A stretch of 64,000 bases of DNA from Desulfomicrobium sp. (GCA_040768745.1 JAXGMI010000001.1:160001-224000), one strand, 5' to 3'; positions 10,239 to 20,341 are shown, numbered from the stretch's first letter. Notes: generated from the letters alone by a model not told the origin. A program made the numbers and translations.

Positions 10239-10922
10239 ATGGACTTCATTGCCTCCATGGCCCAAAGCAAGCTGTTCAAGGGCTTGACCGAAACGGAATT
10301 GCGCCAGTTGCAGCGCATCAGCGAGCGACGCACATGCGACAAGGGCGATACCCTTTTTCAGGAGGGTGCCGAGGGTGTCGGATTTTTCGTGGTGGTCGAG
10401 GGCCAGATCAAAATCTTCAAGATGTCCTTGGATGGCCGCGAGCAGATCCTGCATATTCTCGGGCCAGGAGATCCCCTGGGAGAAGTCCCGGTCTTTGCTG
10501 GGCAGACCTTCCCCGCCAATGCCCAGGCCCTGACAAAATCGCACCTCTATTTCTTTCCCCGCCGGAAACTCATCGATCTGTACAGAGAAAGCCCGTCACT
10601 GGCCATGAATATGCTGGCAGTGCTGTCCCGCCGGTTGCGGGAGTTCACGGTCCTCATCGAAAACCTGGCCCTGAAGGAAATCCCGCAACGCCTGGCCACC
10701 TACCTCCTGCATCAACAGGCCCAGAAACCCATCTCGTCCCGGGTCAAACTCAACGTGACCAAGGGTGTGCTTTCGAACATCCTGGGCACATCCCAGGAGA
10801 CATTGTCCCGGGTGCTGGGGAAGTTGTCCCAGGAGGGCCTGATCGAAGTCCAAGGCAAGGAGATCTCCATCCTGAACGTGCAGCGTCTTCAGGAATTGGC
10901 GGATGGGGAAATCAGGCTGTGA
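10239..10922 (+). CDS. Crp/Fnr-family transcriptional regulator (HcpR-like)
   Basis: cNMP-type domain (GQIKIFKMSLDGREQIL...GE) and HTH GTSQETLSR. Confidence 0.9.
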   Translation: MDFIASMAQSKLFKGLTETELRQLQRISERRTCDKGDTLFQEGAEGVGFFVVVEGQIKIFKMSLDGREQILHILGPGDPLGEVPVFAGQTFPANAQALTKSHLYFFPRRKLIDLYRESPSLAMNMLAVLSRRLREFTVLIENLALKEIPQRLATYLLHQQAQKPISSRVKLNVTKGVLSNILGTSQETLSRVLGKLSQEGLIEVQGKEISILNVQRLQELADGEIRL

Positions 10923-11011
10923 ATTGAGGGAATGGTCGAGGGCGACGCAACGGCAACAGGACACCACGACCACCCGCCGCTTCCGACATCCTCGGCATTG
11001 AGGTCTTCGTC

Positions 11012-12817
11012 CTAGCGGTCCAGCCGGTGCATCAGTTCCAGAGCCATGGCATGACGGTTGAAGGGCGGAATGATATACACCCCGGCAAAATGGGGCCAGG
11101 CGTATTCCAGCAGCTCCCAGGCGATCTCGATGCCTTCCTGCTGCCCCTGATCCCCGGCCCGGGCCATGCGCTCCCTGGCCTCCAGCGGAATCTCGATGCC
11201 GGGAAACTCGTTGTGCAGGAATTCGGCGTTACGGCTGCTGGCCAGGGGCATGACCCCCAGCACAATGGGTGCGGCGATGTGGCTGGTGGCGGACAGAATC
11301 TCGTCCACCCGGGTCTTGGAATAGACGGGCTGGGTCAGAAAATACGCGGCCCCGGCCGCGATTTTCTTTTCCATGCGCCCTACCTGCAGCGCCATGTTGC
11401 GGGTGTTGGGATTGAAGGCCCCGCCGATGCAGAAATTGACCGGCAACCGCATGGGATCGCCGTAGTGATTGCGGCCCTGATTGAAACCGGCCAAGAGGCC
11501 CATAAGCTCCAGGGAGCGCACGTCGTACACGCCCGTTACCCGCTCCGCACTTCCGGCGGATGGCGGATCGCCGGTCACGGCCAGCACGTTGTACAGTCCT
11601 GACGCGGCCAGGCCCATGATGGTGGACTGCATGCCCACCAGGTTGCGGTCCCTGCCGGTCAGATGCACGATCACCTCTGCCCCGGTGCGCTGACGTACCA
11701 TCCCGGCCAGGACGATATTGGAAAGCCTGGGCACGGCCAGAGGATTCTCGGCAATGGTGATGCCGTCCGCACCAGCCGCCTGCAGGGCCTCGGCCGCAGC
11801 CAGAACCGGACCCACATCCAGATGCTTCGGAGGGTCCAACTCCACCAGGACGACCCTGCCTTCGGACAGGCGGCGAGCCAGCGGCGTCGGTTCTGCCGAG
11901 ATCGGTTGTGCGTCTTGTGCTTCTGCAGGTTTCACCGAGATCAGACGGGCACCCCTTCCTTCTCCCAGAACCCGAACCAGGGCCGCGATGTGTTCAGGCC
12001 CGGTGCCGCAGCACCCCCCGACTATGCTGGCACCTTGGTCCACACAGGCCGCAGTCTGTCTGGCGAAATATTCCGGCGAGGAGGCGTACAGCAACCGGTC
12101 TCCCTGCGCTTCGGGAAAACCCGCGTTGGGCAGCACCGAAAAAGGCACGGCCAGAGGGGTCAGTTCGCGGACCACGTCCAGGGCGTTTTTGGGGCCGATC
12201 CCGCAATTGAAGCCCACCATATCGGCACCGGCCAGGATCAGTGCATCGAAGCACTCCTGGGCCGTGCGACCGGAATGGGTCCTGCCCCGCTGGGTAAAAA
12301 CCATCTGGGCCACTACGGGCACCTTCACGCAGGACTTGACCCCGCGGAGTGCGACCAAGAGCATGGACAAGCTGGCAAAGGTCTCCAGCATGATGACATC
12401 CACGCCTCCATCGGCCAGGGCCAGGGCCTGCTCTGCGAAAATCCTCTCCAGTTCCGCCGGGTCGGACATGTCTTCAGCCAGACGACCCAGAGGGCCCATG
12501 GCTCCGGCCACCCAGCGGTCTGCTCCGGCGCTCTTGCGGGCCAATTCTGCCCCCCGGGCGTTGATCTCGCGCACCCTGCCACCCAGTTCGAAGCGAGCGA
12601 GCTTGATCCGGTTGGCCCCGAACGTGTTGGTCTCGATGAGTTCCGCCCCGGCCTGCACATATTCGAGATGGATAGAGGAAATCAGGGCGGGATCCATCAG
12701 GTTGAGTGCATCGTAGCAGGCCCCGCTTTCCAGCCCGCGTTCGAACAGCAGCGAGCCCATGGCCCCGTCAGCCACGACCACACCCCTGCCTATCCGGCTC
12801 AGAATATTTTCAATCAC
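11012..12817 (-). CDS. yitJ: Bifunctional homocysteine S-methyltransferase / methylenetetrahydrofolate reductase
   Basis: DGAMGS, ETNTFGAN, GFNC, GGCCGT, then an MTHFR domain (VELDPPK, LAVTGDPP, YFLTQP). Confidence 0.9.
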   Translation of the reverse strand: MIENILSRIGRGVVVADGAMGSLLFERGLESGACYDALNLMDPALISSIHLEYVQAGAELIETNTFGANRIKLARFELGGRVREINARGAELARKSAGADRWVAGAMGPLGRLAEDMSDPAELERIFAEQALALADGGVDVIMLETFASLSMLLVALRGVKSCVKVPVVAQMVFTQRGRTHSGRTAQECFDALILAGADMVGFNCGIGPKNALDVVRELTPLAVPFSVLPNAGFPEAQGDRLLYASSPEYFARQTAACVDQGASIVGGCCGTGPEHIAALVRVLGEGRGARLISVKPAEAQDAQPISAEPTPLARRLSEGRVVLVELDPPKHLDVGPVLAAAEALQAAGADGITIAENPLAVPRLSNIVLAGMVRQRTGAEVIVHLTGRDRNLVGMQSTIMGLAASGLYNVLAVTGDPPSAGSAERVTGVYDVRSLELMGLLAGFNQGRNHYGDPMRLPVNFCIGGAFNPNTRNMALQVGRMEKKIAAGAAYFLTQPVYSKTRVDEILSATSHIAAPIVLGVMPLASSRNAEFLHNEFPGIEIPLEARERMARAGDQGQQEGIEIAWELLEYAWPHFAGVYIIPPFNRHAMALELMHRLDR

Positions 12818-13653
12818 TGTCCACCCTCAAGATCGCCAAGGAGAACCCGGTGCACATCCTGGACGTCGCGCTGCACGGTTCGGGCGTAGCGCACTGCCGG
12901 ATACCCGAACATCATGACATACATGGATCTGTGCTCCCTGGGGACGCCCAGCTTGCGCCCCAGCTCCGGGACCACCGACTGCAGGGCCCAGCGGGCGAAT
13001 CCGCACCAGACCGTGCCCAAGCCAAGGCTGTGGGCCATGAGTTCAAAATAAGACAGGGCGATGAACGGGTCCGCCTCGGCAGACGTCGCGTCCGAGGGGG
13101 AGGATGCGATGAGCATATGCGGGGCCCAGCGATAGATGATGTCCCGCCCCCGCTCAAAGGGCTCCACGAACTTGGCGAAAAAGGCCATGCTTTCGGGCAG
13201 GGCATCCTCTGCCGCTGCCATGCGGATACCCTCGATGGTCTGCAGGCGGATCAGATCCATGACCGCTGGATCGTCAACCAAAGTGAAACGGACCTTGCGC
13301 TCGTTCTTGCCCGTGGGCGCGTGGGCGATCACATGCATGAGCCGCTGGATCGTCTCCGGTGCGACGGCATCCTTGCGATAGCGACGCACGGATCTGCGGC
13401 TTTTGATCAGATTCTCCATGGCGTCCGGTGCGAAGGGCATTATTTCCTGGCTCGCATCCGGATCCTTGTCCAGGATGGACAGCGCACCCGTGGGGCAGAC
13501 CGCCAGACAGTGCTGACAACCGATGCAGAGGGATTCCCTGTGGACCGGAACAGCCGGCAGCCCCTGATCCATGACGATGACGGATACGGGACAGTCGGCA
13601 ACGCATTCGCCGCATTGGATGCAGCGTGTCTCATCAATATGAAACGCAAGCAT
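12814..13653 (-). CDS. Nitroreductase family protein with N-terminal 2x[4Fe-4S] ferredoxin
   Basis: CIQCGECVADCP and CIGCQHCLAVCP, then RRSVRRY, APTGKN and GLGTVWCG. GGAGG RBS. Confidence 0.9.
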   Translation of the reverse strand: MLAFHIDETRCIQCGECVADCPVSVIVMDQGLPAVPVHRESLCIGCQHCLAVCPTGALSILDKDPDASQEIMPFAPDAMENLIKSRRSVRRYRKDAVAPETIQRLMHVIAHAPTGKNERKVRFTLVDDPAVMDLIRLQTIEGIRMAAAEDALPESMAFFAKFVEPFERGRDIIYRWAPHMLIASSPSDATSAEADPFIALSYFELMAHSLGLGTVWCGFARWALQSVVPELGRKLGVPREHRSMYVMMFGYPAVRYARTVQRDVQDVHRVLLGDLEGGQ

Positions 13654-13739
13654 GTACGCCTCCTCCACCAATTCAGCCCAAAAAATTCGGGCAAAGAACA
13701 TTCCTACGATGTAAGGCTGAGTTTCTCAAGTAAGCCTCC

Positions 13740-13786
13740 AGGCAACACAGTTGCGCCACGCTTGACTTCATGCAATCGTGTTGCAT
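13740..13786. promoter_or_regulatory. Two tandem Zur-like boxes upstream of znuA
   Basis: aGGCAACacaGTTGCgc (13740-13756) and ATGCAAtcgtGTTGCAT (13770-13786) flank TTGACT (13762-13767). Both resemble the ATGCAAC-N3-GTTGCAT motif I recall for Desulfovibrio Zur. Confidence 0.75.
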
Positions 13787-13816
13787 AGATATTTTTGCAG
13801 AATCATGGAGAAAGTC

Positions 13817-14716
13817 ATGAAAAATATGCTGGTTGTTCTCATCCTGATAATTTCCACCCCCATGCTGTCCTGGGCGGAGAGCTCCGTATTTGTGACCATC
13901 GCTCCGCAAAAATTCTTCGTCGACAAAATCAGCGGCGGCCAAATCCCGGTCTCGGTCATGATCACACCCGGCGCCAACCCACATGCCTACGAACCCAAAC
14001 CAAGCCAGATGGCCATGCTGGCCAGGGCGGAGGTCTATTTCGCCATTGGCGACAGCTTTGACCGGGTCTGGCTGGAAAGACTGAAGAAGGTCAACCCCAG
14101 CATGGCCGTCGTGCACACGGACGCGGGCGCGACCAAGATCCCCATCCATGACGCAAGCCAGGGTCATGGCAAGGCCCCGCCCCGCACGGAGGAGGACGGC
14201 CCGCATTCCCATGGAGGATGGGAAGGATCTGACCCGCATATCTGGCTCGATCCGAAATTGGTCGAGATCCAGGCCGCCCATATCCGCGACGGCCTGACAG
14301 CGGCAGACCCGGCCCATGCCGCCGCCTATGCCGCCAACTACGCGGCCTTTGTCCGGGAACTGGACGAGATGGATCGGGAAATCAGGGTTCTCCTCGCCCC
14401 CATACCGAAAGCCAGGCGCACATTCCTCGTGTTCCATCCATCCTGGGGCTATTTTGCCCGAGCCTATGGCCTGAACCAGGCCTGCATCGAAGTCGAGGGC
14501 AAGGAACCAAGCCCCCGTGAACTGGCTCGCATCATCGACATGGGTCAGAAGCAGGGTATCAAGGCGGTCTTTGTCCAACCGCAGTTCTCGGAAAAAAGCG
14601 CTGCCGTCATCTCCGAACAGATCGGCGCCCGGGTGGTCCGGCTTGATCCCCTGGCTGAAAACTGGGCCGAGAACTTGCGCCACGCCGCCCGCGTCCTGGC
14701 CGAGAATCTGCAATAG
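13817..14716 (+). CDS. znuA: Zinc ABC transporter substrate-binding protein
   Basis: Signal peptide, PHAYEPKP, His-containing loop, DPHIWLDP, HPSWGYF. Confidence 0.9.
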   Translation: MKNMLVVLILIISTPMLSWAESSVFVTIAPQKFFVDKISGGQIPVSVMITPGANPHAYEPKPSQMAMLARAEVYFAIGDSFDRVWLERLKKVNPSMAVVHTDAGATKIPIHDASQGHGKAPPRTEEDGPHSHGGWEGSDPHIWLDPKLVEIQAAHIRDGLTAADPAHAAAYAANYAAFVRELDEMDREIRVLLAPIPKARRTFLVFHPSWGYFARAYGLNQACIEVEGKEPSPRELARIIDMGQKQGIKAVFVQPQFSEKSAAVISEQIGARVVRLDPLAENWAENLRHAARVLAENLQ

Positions 14717-14776
14717 GCATCCTGCTGCAGTGCGGAATCTCCGCACCGATCACCTGTAACAAGCCTAGGGAAAGCC

Positions 14777-15658
14777 ATGCCTTCCGACCATCTTTGCTCG
14801 ACCTGCTCCGGCCATGGACTCAGCCCTCTCCCAGAGCCCAAACTCCGGCTCTCCACCCCTCCCGGACAGCCGGTCATCGAACTCGATGGCGTGTCGTTCT
14901 CCTATGACAACCGGGAAGTGCTCTTCGATGTCAACCTGACTGTCAGGGCAGGGGAGTTCATGGCTGTGGTTGGACCCAATGGCGGGGGCAAGACCACCCT
15001 GGTCAAACTCGCCCTCGGACTGCTCAAGCCAGGAAGAGGCACGGTCCGCGTTCTCGGCGCCGACCCCCTGGTTTCCAGGCCTGCCGTGGGCTACGTGCCT
15101 CAACATGCCCACGTGCAGCCCAGCTTTCCCATAACCGTACTGGATGCCGTGCTCTTGGGTCTGCGCCGCAAGGGCGGACTCTTGTCCTGGGGGCACTGGC
15201 CAGGGTACCGGTCCGCGGACAGACAGAAGGCCATGGACTCCCTGCGCATGGTTGACATGGCCGACCTGTCCGGACGCAGGTTCGATGTCCTGTCCGGAGG
15301 ACAAAAACAACGCGTGCTGGTGGCCCGGGCCCTGGTTTCTGAACCAGCCCTGCTCCTTTTTGACGAACCCACTTCCAATATCGATCCCCAGGGCAAAATC
15401 TGTCTTTTCGACCTGCTCTCGATCCTGAGTGAGTCCATCACCATCGTCATGGTCAGCCACGACCTCATCACCACGTCCACCCGCATCACCAGCGTGGCGG
15501 CAGTCAATCGCCGACTGATCCAACATCACGGCCGGGAACTGACCCCTGACATGCTCGCCCTCATCTACGGCACCCACGACGCCACCTGCCCCATGGACGA
15601 GTACATCAAGGGCCTTTCCTCCGTCTTCGGGGAAAGCAGGCAACGGAGGCAGCCATGA
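14777..15658 (+). CDS. znuC: Zinc ABC transporter ATPase
   Basis: [23 protein letters not shown]. Confidence 0.9.
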   Translation: MPSDHLCSTCSGHGLSPLPEPKLRLSTPPGQPVIELDGVSFSYDNREVLFDVNLTVRAGEFMAVVGPNGGGKTTLVKLALGLLKPGRGTVRVLGADPLVSRPAVGYVPQHAHVQPSFPITVLDAVLLGLRRKGGLLSWGHWPGYRSADRQKAMDSLRMVDMADLSGRRFDVLSGGQKQRVLVARALVSEPALLLFDEPTSNIDPQGKICLFDLLSILSESITIVMVSHDLITTSTRITSVAAVNRRLIQHHGRELTPDMLALIYGTHDATCPMDEYIKGLSSVFGESRQRRQP

Positions 15659-16464
15659 CCGAAATTTTGGGTCTTGCGTTCATGCACAACGCCATTCTGG
15701 CCGGGGTATTGGCCAGCCTGGCCTGCGGGCTCATCGGCTCCCTGGTGGTGGTCAACCGGCAGGTCTTCATGGCCGGTGGGGTCGCCCACACGGCGTACGG
15801 GGGGGTTGGATTGGCTTTTTTCCTAGGCCTGCCGGTACTGCCCTGTGCCGTGGGTTTCACCGTTCTTGCGGCCCTGGCCATGGCTCACGCGTCCTTTGGC
15901 CGGACCGAACGGGCTGATGCCCTGGTCGGCATCATGTGGGCTGCCGGCATGGCCTTTGGCATCATCCTCATGGACCTCACGCCCGGATACAATGTGGACC
16001 TGATGAGCTACCTCTTCGGCAGCCTCCTGGCCGTGCCCACCAGCGACATACTGATCATGGCAGTCCTGGATCTCGCCATCCTTGCCGTGGTCCTGTTCTG
16101 GTACAAGGATTTTCTGTCCCTGTCCTTTGACGCCGAGTTCGCCCTTTCCACCGGAGTGCCTGTCCGCCTGCTCTACACCCTCATGCAGGTCATGACCGCA
16201 GTGACCGTGGTCATGGTCATTCAGGTGGCCGGATTGATTCTGGTCATTGCGCTTCTGACCATCCCACCCATGCTGGCTGAACTCTTCACCAGTTCCCTGT
16301 GGAAAATGATGGCCCTGGCCACCCTGGCCAGCCTGGTCTTCTGCCTGGCCGGCCTGGCCCTGTCCTGGCACCTGGACCTGACATCAGGGGCAAGCATCAT
16401 CGCCTTTGCAACGGCTGCCTATCTTGGGGGATGGTGGATGCAATCCTGGCGGAGACGGGCATGA
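15655..16464 (+). CDS. znuB: Zinc ABC transporter permease
   Basis: Hydrophobic; AHTAYGG and YLFGSLL; operon context. Confidence 0.9.
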   Translation: MTEILGLAFMHNAILAGVLASLACGLIGSLVVVNRQVFMAGGVAHTAYGGVGLAFFLGLPVLPCAVGFTVLAALAMAHASFGRTERADALVGIMWAAGMAFGIILMDLTPGYNVDLMSYLFGSLLAVPTSDILIMAVLDLAILAVVLFWYKDFLSLSFDAEFALSTGVPVRLLYTLMQVMTAVTVVMVIQVAGLILVIALLTIPPMLAELFTSSLWKMMALATLASLVFCLAGLALSWHLDLTSGASIIAFATAAYLGGWWMQSWRRRA

Positions 16465-16931
16465 ACTCCAGGATGACCGTGAAGATGGCCAAGGATCGCC
16501 TGGCCAAATCAGGGCTGGAAGCCACTGACCATCGGGTCCGGGTGCTCATGGCTGTGGGCAACACCACGCACCCCACCACGGTCCCGGAAATCCTGGAACT
16601 GGTCCGGGTCAGCAGGGATATCAACCGCGTCACGGTGTACCGGATTCTGGATTTGCTGGTGGAACACGCGGTCTTGAACCGGCTCGGACTCGGAGAGAAG
16701 TCCCAGCGCTTCTGTCTGCGAGAGATGGACAGCCCTGGAGAGCACCCCCACTTCCACTGCACCCGTTGCGACCGTTACCTGTGTCTGGATGCACCGAGCC
16801 TGCCCATCGACCGGGGCGCCCTGGCCAGACTGGCTCTGGACATCGACCACGTGGAAATCCACCTGGAAGGAATCTGTCCAGCCTGCCAAGGAAAAGAGTC
16901 TCTGTCCGATTCCGGGAAGGAGTCCGATTGA
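16461..16931 (+). CDS. zur: Fur-family regulator, probably Zur
   Basis: TVYRIL, HFHCTRC and GICPAC; ends the znu operon. Confidence 0.8.
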   Translation: MNSRMTVKMAKDRLAKSGLEATDHRVRVLMAVGNTTHPTTVPEILELVRVSRDINRVTVYRILDLLVEHAVLNRLGLGEKSQRFCLREMDSPGEHPHFHCTRCDRYLCLDAPSLPIDRGALARLALDIDHVEIHLEGICPACQGKESLSDSGKESD

Positions 16932-17064
16932 TCCCCTGGCGCAGAGTTGCCTGCACCGCCATGCACGCAGCGGGCGGAGTCAAGACGCCCTAGTTCCCAT
17001 CCTTGCCAGATTCGTCCCGGGCATTTACAAACGGCCCTGGTCTTCACCATTCAAGGAGCCGGAT

Positions 17065-17790
17065 ATGAAATTCCCTTCTTTCACCCTTCAGACCCTCGGC
17101 ATTCTTGCCCTGGCCGCGGGCTTAGGTCTGGCCTTCAACGCCAACCGGCCGGACAGTCTGCCGTTAGTCCGTGTCCACGAAGTCGCGGTCCAGGCTTCCC
17201 CGCAGGACAATGAAATAACCCTGCACGACGCGGCCCAGCTTTCTGCGTCCGGACAGGCTGTCTTCGTCGATGCGCGCGATGCATCGGACTATGCCCAGGG
17301 ACATATCGCCGGGGCCTTGTCCCTCCCGGCCTTTTCCTTTACCCAGGACTTCCCCTTGGTGCGGGACAGCCTCCACAACTCGACGGTCATCACCTATTGC
17401 GACGGCGAACACTGTGAGCTGAGCCGTGACCTGGCCGAACAGCTGAAGGCTCATGGCCTGCGCAATGTCCGCGTGCTCAAAAATGGCTGGACTCTGTGGC
17501 GGGACAAAGGGCTGCCCACCGCCACGGGCCAGGAACCCCTGCTCCGGGAACCCCAGGAACTGGAACATCCGGCGCAGGAATCCCTTTCGCAGGAGACCCC
17601 GCGGCTGGAGCATGCGCCGCAACAGACCATGCCGGACGGGCCTGCGCCAGAGCAGTCAACGCCAGAGGGGATCGCCCACCCGCAGGAGCCGGCGCAAGAA
17701 AAGTCCGCGCCGCAGGAAGCCACGCCGCAGGAACCGTTGCTCCAAAAGACTCCGCCCCAAGAATCAAAGCCCACGGGAGACCAATCATGA
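17065..17790 (+). CDS. Exported rhodanese-like protein with Pro/Gln/Glu-rich tail
   Basis: N-terminal hydrophobic helix, VDAR..GHIAGA, TYCDGEHC, LKNGW. AAGGAG RBS. Confidence 0.8.
   Translation: MKFPSFTLQTLGILALAAGLGLAFNANRPDSLPLVRVHEVAVQASPQDNEITLHDAAQLSASGQAVFVDARDASDYAQGHIAGALSLPAFSFTQDFPLVRDSLHNSTVITYCDGEHCELSRDLAEQLKAHGLRNVRVLKNGWTLWRDKGLPTATGQEPLLREPQELEHPAQESLSQETPRLEHAPQQTMPDGPAPEQSTPEGIAHPQEPAQEKSAPQEATPQEPLLQKTPPQESKPTGDQS
17529..17765 (+). repeat. Degenerate ~15-bp coding repeats encoding xxPQE units
   Basis: Recurring CCGCAGGA/GCAGGAA/CAAGAA units giving EPQE, PAQE, LSQE, HPQE, APQE, TPQE and PPQE. Confidence 0.6.
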
Positions 17791-18227
17791 CTGCAACAGG
17801 CTTGGCCCAGGCTTCGCGCATGGCTTTGGCATGTGTTTTTCTCGCTGCGGCCCCACATAAAATCCTGGTTCCGGCGGAGTTCGCCCAAAGCCTGTCCAGC
17901 TACCAGATTCTTCCGGACATGCTGATCAATTTCATCGCGCTCACCTTGCCTTGGCTGGAAATGCTCGTGGCCTTCCTGCTCCTCTGCCAGGTCTGGACAG
18001 GGCCGTCCCTGCTCCTGGCCAACGCGATGCTCACGGTTTTTCTCGGGGCCCTCGTCCTAGCGTACGTCAGGGGGATCGACATAGCCTGTGGGTGTTTCAG
18101 CTCCTTACGCACCCCTTCTGACGCCATGACCCTGTACATCGCGCGGGACGCTGCGTTCCTGGTTCTGGGTCTGATCGCGGCCTGGTTGCACGCAAACGGC
18201 CTGAAAAGAAAGACACTGGATGGATGA
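17787..18227 (+). CDS. MauE/DoxX-family membrane protein
   Basis: LPWLE and RGIDIACGCF motifs with about four hydrophobic segments; overlaps the rhodanese stop. Confidence 0.85.
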   Translation: MTATGLAQASRMALACVFLAAAPHKILVPAEFAQSLSSYQILPDMLINFIALTLPWLEMLVAFLLLCQVWTGPSLLLANAMLTVFLGALVLAYVRGIDIACGCFSSLRTPSDAMTLYIARDAAFLVLGLIAAWLHANGLKRKTLDG

Positions 18228-18436
18228 CCTGCAGCGTCAGATCTCAGCCAGCTTGATGGCCAGCGTACCTGGCCGCCTGAAAAGGGTGGGGCGTGATGGC
18301 TGGGGTTCGGGGCGCTGATTTTCACCCAGCCAAGGTTATGCCTGCACTGCTGCGGTGTCTGCGGCTCGGGTTTGCCTTCCTTGGGCGGCCTGCATGCGGG
18401 CCGCAGGGCCCGCAAAAAGTGTCAGGCCAGCGCAAA

Positions 18437-19105
18437 TTATCTCCCGCCTGAATCAGAAGCCCCGCCATCAAGTGGCAGAATGGCCACCTGAACCACCCCC
18501 TGAAGAAGGCGGGCAAACTCCCTGGCATCGCTGTCGCTGCCAACCAGCGATCCGTAATGCATGGGCACAGTCAGACCAGGCATGATGTCTTTGGCCGCAG
18601 CCGCAGCTTCGGCCGCTGTCATGACGTAGGTGCCTGAAACGGGCAGCATGGCCACATCGACCCGGATACCCGTCATTTCAGGGATACGATCTGTGTCTCC
18701 GGCGTGGTAAAAGCGAAGTCCGTCCATCAGGAGCACAAAACCAAGCCAGCCGTTTTTTTGGGGATGAAATTTCTTGCCCACGTTGTAGGCGGGCATCACC
18801 TCCACCCTCACCCCGGCCACGTCGAGTGTGTCTCCCGGAACCACGATGCGCACATCACCCGTGAGTTTCTTCAACCCTGTTTTTTCAGTCACAATGATCG
18901 TGTCCGGCCTCGCGATTTTGGCCACATCCTCCGACGAGCAGTGATCGTAATGACTGTGTGTGATGAGGATGAGGTCGGCCTTGGGGCCTGCCTGGATCTG
19001 ATACGGATCGATGTACACAATCCTGGAGCCACGGATCAGGAAAGACGAATGGCCAAACCAGGTCAACATGTCTTGAGGAATGGTCATGGATGCCTCCGTA
19101 CTCAT
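18437..19105 (-). CDS. MBL-fold metallo-hydrolase
   Basis: WFGHSSF, THSHYDH, HAGDT, PMHYG. Confidence 0.9.
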   Translation of the reverse strand: MSTEASMTIPQDMLTWFGHSSFLIRGSRIVYIDPYQIQAGPKADLILITHSHYDHCSSEDVAKIARPDTIIVTEKTGLKKLTGDVRIVVPGDTLDVAGVRVEVMPAYNVGKKFHPQKNGWLGFVLLMDGLRFYHAGDTDRIPEMTGIRVDVAMLPVSGTYVMTAAEAAAAAKDIMPGLTVPMHYGSLVGSDSDAREFARLLQGVVQVAILPLDGGASDSGGR

Positions 19106-19938
19106 TAGGCCATCGTTTCATCGAGAAGCTGACCCAGACGCTCCAGATGGGCCTTCTCCTCGCCCGCGATCTGCTCCAGAATCTGCCGGTTCTCGTCGCT
19201 TTTGGTCCAGGCTGCCGCTCGCGAATAAAGGTCCAGGGCCTGGGCTTCGATGGACATGGCCATGGACACGACATCCACCACACTGTCGAAGTCTGGTTTG
19301 AACCGGTCCATGTAGTCCTCGGTAGTCAGCCCCCCCTCCATGAACGGCGAGACCAGGGAACACTCAAAAGCCCCCCGGTCGTCTTGCCCTGTCAGGCGGG
19401 TATACTCGGCAAAAAGCCGGTCCTTGTGCTTGATCTCGATCTCAGCCAGCAGGCGGAAGACGCTTTTGACCCTCTCGTCCTGAACCCGGTCCAGCATCTT
19501 CAGATAGAAGTCCCGCAGCCCGTCTTCGAGAGAATAGGCCATGGCCAGAATCTTTTCAGCGCTGTTCAGTTCGGCAAACAGGTCCACCCCTTCATCTTCC
19601 CCCCCGAACGCGCTCTGCCCGTTCCAGGCCTTATAGCCACCACTCAGATTGATGACATGATCGTATCCCTTGCCCGACAGGGTCTGGGAGGCCACCCGGC
19701 TGCGACCGCCGATGGCGCAATAGACAACCACAGGCTTGGAAGGATCGATCTCCTCCAGCCTGTCGGTCAGCTCGGGCAATGGAACCAGCTTGGCCCCAGG
19801 GATATGTCCGGCTTCGTATTCGCCCGGTTGACGGACATCGAGGATGGTCACCTCCTGCAGGGTCTTGTCGGACAGGTATTCCCTGACATCTGCAGCACTC
19901 ATGGATTGGACCGGTGTAAAGAACTGTTTCCAACGCAT
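19105..19938 (-). CDS. Rhodanese / ferritin-like (rubrerythrin) fusion protein
   Basis: LDVRQPGEYEAGHIPGA and YCAIGGRS, followed by ExxH di-iron-type motifs (EIKH, EKAH). Confidence 0.8.
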   Translation of the reverse strand: MRWKQFFTPVQSMSAADVREYLSDKTLQEVTILDVRQPGEYEAGHIPGAKLVPLPELTDRLEEIDPSKPVVVYCAIGGRSRVASQTLSGKGYDHVINLSGGYKAWNGQSAFGGEDEGVDLFAELNSAEKILAMAYSLEDGLRDFYLKMLDRVQDERVKSVFRLLAEIEIKHKDRLFAEYTRLTGQDDRGAFECSLVSPFMEGGLTTEDYMDRFKPDFDSVVDVVSMAMSIEAQALDLYSRAAAWTKSDENRQILEQIAGEEKAHLERLGQLLDETMA

Positions 19939-20010
19939 AGGGCACTTCCTCCCACGATATGTGATTGATCATGCCTCTGGATGGATGAAAATTCAACATG
20001 TCTTGGTGTG

Positions 20011-20045
20011 TTGACATGAAGCCACGCTTATCGTTAATTTACGAT
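20011..20045 (+). promoter_or_regulatory. Sigma70 promoter with overlapping palindromic operator for arsR-hgcAB
   Basis: TTGACA (20011-20016), 17 nt, TTAATT. The near-palindrome ATCGTTAATTTACGAT (20030-20045) covers the -10. Confidence 0.65.
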
Positions 20046-20065
20046 CATACTGTCATGGAACACGC

Positions 20066-20335
20066 ATGAACAAAGATCACAATCTGGCCGTGCTCTGCAA
20101 GGCCCTGGGGCACCCAGCCCGGGTGGCCATCCTCCGGCATCTGCTGCAGGTGGACCGCTGCATCTGCGGCGACATCGTGAACATCCTGCCCCTGGCCCAG
20201 TCCACGGTCAGCCAGCACCTCAAGCAGCTGAAGGAGGCCGGTCTGATCCGCGGTGAGATTGAAGGACCGTGCATCTGCTACTGCGCGGACAAAAATCGCC
20301 TGGCCGAACTCAAAAACCTCATCACCGCACTGTAG
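20066..20335 (+). CDS. arsR: ArsR/SmtB-family repressor
   Basis: [31 protein letters not shown] and Cys-rich CICYC. Confidence 0.9.
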   Translation: MNKDHNLAVLCKALGHPARVAILRHLLQVDRCICGDIVNILPLAQSTVSQHLKQLKEAGLIRGEIEGPCICYCADKNRLAELKNLITAL

Positions 20336-20341
20336 GCCCTT

